NCBI GenBank assembly: GCA_018985225.1
Contig: JADGIF010000221.1
Span: 1 to 13,915 of the forward strand
Direction: 5' to 3'
Length of the DNA: 13,915 bases
Source: Amoeboradix gromovi X-113
Taxonomy: Eukaryota > Fungi > Sanchytriomycota
The notes below the pieces were generated by a model. The model searched no databases. It had not been told where the DNA came from and saw nothing but the letters and a program-made list of their open reading frames with translations. The translations under genes and the position numbers were made by a program. This document shows positions 7,657 through 13,915 of this stretch, in pieces (within the stretch, counting starts at the first letter, position 1; each line of letters starts with the position of its first letter).

Positions 7657-8543
7657 AATCCTTTTAATTTACGAGGCTGCAGATCCGCCAAATCCTGTTG
7701 CTCAACGTATACACGAGCAACCATATCACCCATTTCAGTAGTAGATACATTCTTTTGCTTCTTTGCTTCTTTTGGCAGTTTTACTGATTGCTTCCATACA
7801 TCTTGCTGAGGGAATTGAACCCTACGAAGTTCGTAATCAATTCTAGGTCCGATTTCCACCAATTCAACCTTTGGAAGAGATAACTCTGACTTTTTCATTA
7901 GCACGCTGTAGCAGCGCATAAAGACTTTACCATTAGTGATTGAGTTATCCTTAGAGGTAGATGTACGTGTGGTAGCGGAATCCAGAGTAAAAGTGATCAT
8001 CCACTTATTGCCATCCAATGCAATTTTATCAACAGTTGGATCACCTCTAAAGAAGTCTGAAAAATAATTTTGAAGGTTTTTGACCTCTAAGTTACTCTCC
8101 CAGTCGCCTACAAATGACAAAAATGGACGACTCCCAAAGTCTGGCAACAATGTCGCATCCTTCACGATATCAGCACTCTTCTTGAAATTAGTAACACCTA
8201 ACTCATACATGTCTAATATCTGGTAATTATACAATCTTATAAAACAAAATTGATTTGGTCTTTTCTTAGAGTGAGAGGCAAGTACTAGTAGACTGGCATC
8301 ACTTTTTTGAGAGATAAATTCAACAGAAGCAGAATCTTCAAATGGTCTGATGTTATTGTTTTTGACGAATTTAATTCCCCAAGGAACCTTCATGTTGAAC
8401 AGCTCCGCCATACAATTTATGAGAATTTGTGATGTTTTAGATGATTTCATAAATACAACTTGCTTTCCGTTTTCTATCCTTTTGGATTCCTTTTCTTGCA
8501 ATGCTTTCTTACCTTTTCGGGTTTTCGCTTTCTTAGTATCCAT
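7650..8543 (-). CDS. RPF2: Ribosome biogenesis factor Rpf2 (Brix domain), about 297 aa
   Basis: KKAKTRKGKKALQEKESKRIEN, KNNNIRPFED, SHSKKRPN, ILDMYELG, YFSDFFRG, PKVELVEIGPRIDYELRR and KKQKNV...GDMVARVYVEQQDLADLQPRKLKGLK. The first ATG (8543) matches the family N-terminus; the GTG at 8621 is unlikely. Confidence 0.95.
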   Translation of the reverse strand: MDTKKAKTRKGKKALQEKESKRIENGKQVVFMKSSKTSQILINCMAELFNMKVPWGIKFVKNNNIRPFEDSASVEFISQKSDASLLVLASHSKKRPNQFCFIRLYNYQILDMYELGVTNFKKSADIVKDATLLPDFGSRPFLSFVGDWESNLEVKNLQNYFSDFFRGDPTVDKIALDGNKWMITFTLDSATTRTSTSKDNSITNGKVFMRCYSVLMKKSELSLPKVELVEIGPRIDYELRRVQFPQQDVWKQSVKLPKEAKKQKNVSTTEMGDMVARVYVEQQDLADLQPRKLKGLK

Positions 8544-8564
8544 GTATCCTCCGTTTACAAAATT

Positions 8565-8571
8565 TGGGACA
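8565..8571 (-). promoter_or_regulatory. TGTCCCA motif 21 nt upstream of the RPF2 ATG
   Basis: Minus strand reads GTGTCCCAAATTTTGTAAACGGAGGATAC-ATG. Confidence 0.45.
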
Positions 8572-8789
8572 CTTTGGGAAAACGGCCCCAAGTATAAATC
8601 TAAAGATATTCCTTGCGACACTATCCAATTGTAAGAGCCTATTTCAGCCCTTTGCTACCAACTTGGGCATTTATGCATAATCAAAGATATCAACGACTTT
8701 TTTTACCGCAGCATTCTTGTCCTGACCAAACAGTGTTGCTAAAACACCAAAAATCGTTGGCCAGCTCTCTAGCAGGTGCTGCTAGATGC

Positions 8790-8975
8790 TTTCTGATTAG
8801 ATTCTTAGAGCTGCCTATCAGTAAATGACTCTATCTCTTTTTTCTCACTTATCATTGAAGCACAACTTCGAAACTCTTGTACTTCCTTATTTGCCATCCA
8901 TTCATGATGATTCACAGATACAACAAAATTTAAGTGATAAGAACTATGGCAATGTATGGTATATATACTATTTAC
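8790..8975 (-). mobile_element. Possible highly degenerate Fanzor/TnpB C-terminal relic D
   Basis: A minus frame reads SLKFC(8925)CICESS*MDGK*GSTRVSKLC(8862)FNDK*(TGA 8847, one base from Cys)EKRDRVI. After frameshifts it continues (D)IGSSKNLIRKHL, and NVIVN lies upstream. CxxC...CxNxxC...DxxSSKNL fits, but more edits are needed than for the other relics. Confidence 0.38.
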
Positions 8976-9078
8976 TATCACATTGTTTAAGTTAAATTTC
9001 CGATTTCAATTAACTCTTAAAGTCTACAGAGTGTACTTCAGGGTCACAATTTAGCCTATTTTGCAAATCGAGAGTCAT

Positions 9079-9408
9079 TTATTTGAACAGCTTCAACGCT
9101 TTTAAGTAGTCAGGTCTATCATTTGGATTAATAGGAATCACCGCCATTGCTACAGCGATGTTTTCGGGTTGTTCTATCCATTCAACAAATTTGATTTTAT
9201 CGCTCTCTAAACTCATTTTTAATTTTTGGAAATCTTTGTCATTTGCACCTAGAACTACTTTTCTCATAGCATATCCTTGATCCAGGTATTCTCTCATTTC
9301 CTCATGATATTTGTGAACTAATAAGCTAACAGCGTGCGCTGCCTGTGCTGCCTGTGGACCAGCCTTCCATTTCAGATCACTTCTCAAAACTATGTAGAGA
9401 ATGCTCAT
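9079..9408 (-). CDS. PTRHD1: Peptidyl-tRNA hydrolase 2-like protein, 109 aa
   Basis: YIVLRSDLKW..G...AQAAHA, MRKVVL and WIEQPENI..A.A..P are PTRHD1 motifs. The first ATG is at 9408; the ORF track used TTG 9429. Confidence 0.9.
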   Translation of the reverse strand: MSILYIVLRSDLKWKAGPQAAQAAHAVSLLVHKYHEEMREYLDQGYAMRKVVLGANDKDFQKLKMSLESDKIKFVEWIEQPENIAVAMAVIPINPNDRPDYLKALKLFK

Positions 9409-9431
9409 GTTTTGGAAAAATTTATACAAAT

Positions 9432-9659
9432 TTATTTAACATATTCGTCACATAACTCATCTAGTTTAACATTTATAATGTTGCTCATCTTCTGCAGAAC
9501 CAGTCTGTATGCCTGCTCTGGATCTATTATATCCTCACCAATTATTTCTTCTATGTTCTGATCCAACTGAACTTCTTTAACAAACCTTCCAAATACGCTC
9601 CTCCCTATCTTTTCTGTTCGTTTATCATGAAAATCCATTTTCCGTTTCAAAAATGTCAT
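9432..9659 (-). CDS. Hypothetical small protein, 75 aa (68 aa from ATG 9638)
   Basis: Fills the space between two genes exactly, has a helical/acidic composition and ends in AAA-TAA-AT. Its ATG overlaps the upstream TGA (ATGA). Confidence 0.55.
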   Translation of the reverse strand: MTFLKRKMDFHDKRTEKIGRSVFGRFVKEVQLDQNIEEIIGEDIIDPEQAYRLVLQKMSNIINVKLDELCDEYVK

Positions 9660-10795
9660 CTCAATAGTTTAGATAACTCCTTTTGATGAAATTGAAGTTG
9701 ATCCAGAATACCTTGAACATTATCTACCTCTATGGATGCTAATTCTCTTTTAGTATCAAACCACAAATCCTTCAATTTGTTAGTGTCTTCACTGTTTGGG
9801 GTGTATTCAAAAGGACTATAATGCGTAGTAGATTTTATGTATTTAGGTGTGCTTTTGACAGCTGAAAACTCTTCGTCCTCTGGATTTTTTGCTATTTCTT
9901 GTAATACAATTTGATTGCTTTTCAAGGTTTCTCCCAATTTATCAATCATACTTTTTTGTTGTTCAATAATAGAGACAAACTTTGAAGGCTCTTCAGGAAG
10001 AACCGACGATGTGTCCTGCTTTTGATGGGTCTCGGATAACTTATCTCTTAGCCTTCTTATCATAGATTGAGAATTCTCCAACTGAACAAGCAGTGATTTA
10101 TTCTTTTCTTTTTCGGCTTGTAAAAGATCATAAGATCCATTTGCTTCCAGAACATTCATTGATTTTTTATTTTGCGTGTCATTTAGCCTTTCTTTTAGAT
10201 CATTATTTTCATTATTTGCGTTTTTATATTTTGCAACCATCAGCTGATATTCGTAATGCAATTTACCATACTGTACGGCCAACTTCTCGTACTCTTCACC
10301 TATATCATTATAATCGTCCACGCATAAGTTGTAATTCACTGTCAATTTATCCAGGGCGTCTTGACAAGTTCTTAATTTAGAATAGGAATTATCCAATTGT
10401 ATTTGAGTATCTAACAACTGCTGGTTCAATTTCAGTGTTGAGTCATTGGCTTGAAAATTTACTTGATGCTTAAATTCTGATTGCCGGTACCTTTTTAATT
10501 CATCAAGCTCAATTTCTTGTTTATCCAACAAGTTTTGATATTCATCCAATTTCAAGCTCAACTCTTCTACAGAGTAGGCCTCCTTCTCAGTTTGTAATTG
10601 TGCATTGTGTAAGTCGGGTATAGTTTGTATTTGCTCATTCTTGAATTGGACATTTGTTCCAGTTTTCACAGCTTTATGTACTTTTACATTTTCATTTAAA
10701 CCTCTTTTTATGAATGGCTTGCTCATGTTTTTACGATCAATAGCATCTTTAAGCTGGTTGTATTCCGATGAAAATTCTTCAAACAGTTTATTCAT
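9656..10795 (-). CDS. Long coiled-coil protein, about 379 aa, function unknown
   Basis: Heptad-rich E/Q/K/L segments over roughly aa 65-300. The first ATG is at 10795; the ORF track used TTG 10804. Confidence 0.75.
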   Translation of the reverse strand: MNKLFEEFSSEYNQLKDAIDRKNMSKPFIKRGLNENVKVHKAVKTGTNVQFKNEQIQTIPDLHNAQLQTEKEAYSVEELSLKLDEYQNLLDKQEIELDELKRYRQSEFKHQVNFQANDSTLKLNQQLLDTQIQLDNSYSKLRTCQDALDKLTVNYNLCVDDYNDIGEEYEKLAVQYGKLHYEYQLMVAKYKNANNENNDLKERLNDTQNKKSMNVLEANGSYDLLQAEKEKNKSLLVQLENSQSMIRRLRDKLSETHQKQDTSSVLPEEPSKFVSIIEQQKSMIDKLGETLKSNQIVLQEIAKNPEDEEFSAVKSTPKYIKSTTHYSPFEYTPNSEDTNKLKDLWFDTKRELASIEVDNVQGILDQLQFHQKELSKLLR

Positions 10796-10846
10796 TAAAT
10801 TCAAATTGTTTCAAAACAACTAATTAAAAATCAATTTATTTATTCT

Positions 10847-13462
10847 TCAGCTGTGCAATAATATGTACGCATACCGCACTTTAATTGCAGTCGTTCTTAC
10901 TATTCTCTTCTGGTCATCCAACATCGGCCTTAGAGCATTAATTACCAAATCCTTGAATCTTAAAGGATTGTGAATTGATCCGAGAGTTTGTAAGCAATTC
11001 AATGCCAAAAGTTTGACCTGCAGTTCATTACTTTGTATGCATTTTAACAGCTTTTCTATGATGTTGTTTAATGTGTTCACATCAATATCGTTTGGCAATG
11101 CCTTTGCCAAGCTGGCAAGAGCCTTTAACTGCAATTCCTGGACTAGTAATGCATCTATTAGAATAGGTAACAATGTATCTATCTCCATTAACACAATACT
11201 TTCGCTCATATTATTGATAAATCCGAATATTGCGCTCAAGTAGTTATTTTTTTTTTCATCTTGCAGCGACCTATACTGGAATAATTCCTCTGATACCTGA
11301 TAAAACATACGTTGAACTGCGAAACTCTTTATCTTGCAAAAGTTTAAGTTACTCAATGTATCATCATAATTGAACACTATTTCAAACAACTTACTAGCCA
11401 TTTTACTGTTTGATCCATTTAGTAGCGCCGCCAATACCTGGAGCAATGACTTGGATGTCGTATGGCATTTGGAAATAGCTGCCTTTGTAATCCATGCATA
11501 TATTAGACCATTTTGCTTAAATTCCTCGGTATTTAAAGTATTCAATCTAGTTGAAAACGATTTGAAGTCTAATGAATCAATAAACCTAGTAAGAATGTTA
11601 TTTGGGAGTTTGTTAAGCATGTTTGCGACCACTTTCGAGAAGCATTCGTAAAATATCGGATGAGTAGTAGCTTTTACAAAATGTCGTGTAATAGCATCCA
11701 AGTCGTCATCAAAATCATACTGCCGTAGTCCACACATAGCAGAGCAGTATACAAGTGTGATATTGCGACACTCTATCATTGTAATACTGTTTTTGTCATT
11801 ATGGATATTTGCTATTTCACGAACATATTTCATTAATTTTAGTTGACCATTAATCGACAAGCAGCAAGTTAGCAACAGAACCATTTTCGAAAGTATTGCA
11901 TCGCACTGTGAATAATGTATTTTCTCATGAAATGCGTCAATCAACAAATACATTATTTCAAGCAGTCTATCATCAATAATCCTTCTTGGTAACATATTGT
12001 CCTTTAATATGATGACAATGAGGTCCATGATGTTCATTGCATCATCAGATGTCGTGGTAGCTAGAAGTTGATTCAGTATGTTATGTAAGACAAAATCTAC
12101 ACATTTGGATTCAGAGAGCGACAAAATAGCTTTTATAGCGTAGTCCAGTTTCGATGGCAGCAAGTGGCATATGTAGTCACACATCATACCCGGTGCGATG
12201 CATTCCTTAGTATATACATCTGCTAGTTCTCTAATACCGGTTATTATGCATTCTCGTACTAGTTGCGATGTGTCATGAATTGCTTTCGTGAATTTGGTTA
12301 AAATTTGTGCCAAAGAAGAGTCCGTGAAGCAGCCCTGTATTAATAGTATGCGCCTTAGGTTAGAAAAGGCAGACACTCTTAACGGCGCAAACTCAGATAC
12401 ATACCCATCTTCCAAAATGACCAGAAACTTTTCATTAAATTCCAATAGATCCGCAGCAACAAATCCTTCGCATTCCTGGATTCCCTTTAACACTTCTTCA
12501 ACCCTGTCTAAAACAGCGCTTTTAAACACAAGAACATCGCTGGAATGATACATTGAGCAGAAAACTAACGCTGTGTTTGTAATTATTTTAGAGCAGTTGC
12601 TGGGACAAGAGCAACAACAAGAAAGAAGTTGAGACGCCAACCTAGCATTTCTGGAATCCGGTGGAGTCATATTCTCAACAGCCTTTGTAATTACAACTTC
12701 TAGTAACGGTGGGAAGTTGTCGACAAGTTTAGACATACATGGAATGGCATCAGGTCTGCATCGTACAAATATATCCTCAAATAAGATGGATTGCAATTTA
12801 TCCAAGTGTGGTATGGACTGAGCCTTGTCCAAAGAAGAATTTAACAACGAAAGAGATTGCTTTGGTTCCGCTTCTATTTTATCCATTATTAATTCAATTG
12901 TTAGTGGTAAAAAATGTGGTGAGGACAATATTTCTTGAAGGAGTGACTTCAGCAGCTTATCCGTTGTGCGATCTGCATTACTTGTAAAAGTTATTGGAAA
13001 ATAGCAACTCGTAACTTCATACAGGCTATCTCTAATTTTAGAAATATCAATCATATGAATTAACTTTAAAGTGGAAGCAAAGATAATGCACAAGTTGCGC
13101 GGATCTTTTTCACCATCAATGGATTGTGTGTAAAGCTCAATAAAAGTTGGAGATGGTGAACAACTTCTAATAAACTGTTCAAACAATAAAAAAATGTTTT
13201 TTCGACTGTTGTATGGGTTTGATTGAACATTAATAGTCTTGTTCAATTCTTGAATAATCTTTTTTAGCAGTTCGGGAGTGAGTTTGCTTTTGTGCAAAAC
13301 TAAGTAATTCAGTATTGTATCAACGCTAAGTGTGTCCTCAATTCTACCAATAAGGAAATCAAGAATGTGGACCACTTGTGATTCTTCTGTTGTGAATTCA
13401 ATCAGCTCTTCTATAGCACGTTGTCTTTCATAAGGATCAGTTGATTTCAACAACTCTGACAT
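10847..13462 (-). CDS. MMS19: MMS19/MET18 cytosolic Fe-S assembly HEAT-repeat protein, 871 aa
   Basis: DGEKDPRNL, CYFPITF, QRMF and C-terminal LDDQKRIVRTTAIKVR are MMS19 signatures. Confidence 0.92.
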   Translation of the reverse strand: MSELLKSTDPYERQRAIEELIEFTTEESQVVHILDFLIGRIEDTLSVDTILNYLVLHKSKLTPELLKKIIQELNKTINVQSNPYNSRKNIFLLFEQFIRSCSPSPTFIELYTQSIDGEKDPRNLCIIFASTLKLIHMIDISKIRDSLYEVTSCYFPITFTSNADRTTDKLLKSLLQEILSSPHFLPLTIELIMDKIEAEPKQSLSLLNSSLDKAQSIPHLDKLQSILFEDIFVRCRPDAIPCMSKLVDNFPPLLEVVITKAVENMTPPDSRNARLASQLLSCCCSCPSNCSKIITNTALVFCSMYHSSDVLVFKSAVLDRVEEVLKGIQECEGFVAADLLEFNEKFLVILEDGYVSEFAPLRVSAFSNLRRILLIQGCFTDSSLAQILTKFTKAIHDTSQLVRECIITGIRELADVYTKECIAPGMMCDYICHLLPSKLDYAIKAILSLSESKCVDFVLHNILNQLLATTTSDDAMNIMDLIVIILKDNMLPRRIIDDRLLEIMYLLIDAFHEKIHYSQCDAILSKMVLLLTCCLSINGQLKLMKYVREIANIHNDKNSITMIECRNITLVYCSAMCGLRQYDFDDDLDAITRHFVKATTHPIFYECFSKVVANMLNKLPNNILTRFIDSLDFKSFSTRLNTLNTEEFKQNGLIYAWITKAAISKCHTTSKSLLQVLAALLNGSNSKMASKLFEIVFNYDDTLSNLNFCKIKSFAVQRMFYQVSEELFQYRSLQDEKKNNYLSAIFGFINNMSESIVLMEIDTLLPILIDALLVQELQLKALASLAKALPNDIDVNTLNNIIEKLLKCIQSNELQVKLLALNCLQTLGSIHNPLRFKDLVINALRPMLDDQKRIVRTTAIKVRYAYILLHS

Positions 13463-13497
13463 TCTCTAAGAAAAGTAGACTGGAGGGGCAGAGGGGG

Positions 13498-13915
13498 ATG
13501 TCAAAAAGAAAGAAAACCTGAGATACTAGATGCCCAAAACCATCGAAAATTTCAGTGCTCAAGCTCTATGAAGCCATTGCACTAGCACTTAAATCGTGTC
13601 TCTTTTTGCACAAGTGCATACTGAACAATAAGAAATTTAATTAAAACCGTTGGCGTGCAAGTGAAAAAGACAAAAAATAAACAACTCTCAATATCATAGG
13701 ACTTCTTTTTATTGGTACTGGTGTTTTGTCACCATTCAACACTTTGCAGATCTACGACTTGTAGCAAATTTTATCGCATCAGAATGTGCGAAATGAAAAG
13801 AACTCAAAGTTCATTAGAGTTGCGACCATTCAATAAAAATATGATGTGTCCAACACTTGTAGTAGCTGCAAGCGTTATGAAAGGATTCAATCGTTGCGTC
13901 AATTGTCAGCAATGC
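13498..13915 (+). mobile_element. Degenerate Fanzor/TnpB relic E (Fanzor1-like), running off the window end
   Basis: One frame with 5 stops reads ...NNKKFN*NRW(13651)RASEK...GLLFIG(13714)TGVL...KFIRVATIQ*(TAA 13834, one base from GAA Glu)KYDVSNTC(13858)SSC(13867)KRYE. After a frameshift: GFNRC(13895)VNC(13904)QQC. The RD motif would fall just outside the window. Confidence 0.62.

Noticed and set aside
8730-8756. Sm-site-like ATTTTTGG followed by a hairpin (snRNA 3' end)
   Set aside because: No U1, U2, U4 or U5 signature and no telomerase template found upstream.
8752-8822. SECIS-like pattern on the minus strand (TGA-stem-AA...GA)
   Set aside because: The apical region is too long, the core is non-canonical, and no upstream gene has an in-frame TGA.
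8613-8995. Two short plus-strand ORFs (8613/8673-8828 and 8825-8995) overlapping by ATGA
   Set aside because: No recognisable protein features and no AATAAA at either end; they lie antisense to relic D.
9432-9520. VLQKMSNIINVKLD resembles the Mzt1/MOZART1 N-terminal helix
   Set aside because: The ORF ends before the conserved GxNPEAL half, so the similarity is too short to support a call.
545-12987. Short ORF-track entries nested in or antisense to the main genes (e.g. 545, 2043, 2614, 3607, 4645, 5225, 6573, 6647, 8350, 9334, 10093, 10605, 11013, 11370, 12288, 12739)
   Set aside because: Shadow frames of real CDSs, many with non-ATG starts and none with recognisable motifs.
109-13462. Non-standard genetic code (TAA/TAG=Gln or TGA=Trp)
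   Set aside because: Conserved genes are uninterrupted under the standard code and end at TAA or TGA at family-appropriate C-termini.

Overview
AT-rich, extremely gene-dense eukaryotic DNA. No intron is needed for any well-supported gene, and ordinary spacers are 2-73 nt. The gene set is fungal-type, consistent with a reduced early-diverging fungus or opisthosporidian; that taxonomy is inference. Recognisable genes are Far11/STRIP, Bdp1 (TFIIIB), a HIRIP3-like histone chaperone, Tyr1, Rpf2, a PTRHD1-type peptidyl-tRNA hydrolase and Mms19. There are also a 4-repeat BED-like CCHC zinc-finger protein, a coiled-coil protein and two small orphans. The main observation is that all five intergenic gaps of about 300 nt or more contain what reads, by eye, as a frameshifted and stop-riddled 3' end of a TnpB/Fanzor RNA-guided nuclease gene. 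The motifs are RuvC-II Glu + TSxxCxxC, a second CxxC, and RDxNAxxNI-like, and several relics are followed by hairpin-forming sequence where an omegaRNA scaffold would lie. The relics differ from one another and each gap borders a host start codon. A shared TGTCCCA/CCC motif precedes several starts, and poly(A) signals are fused into stop codons. All homology calls come from manual motif recognition, not database searches.
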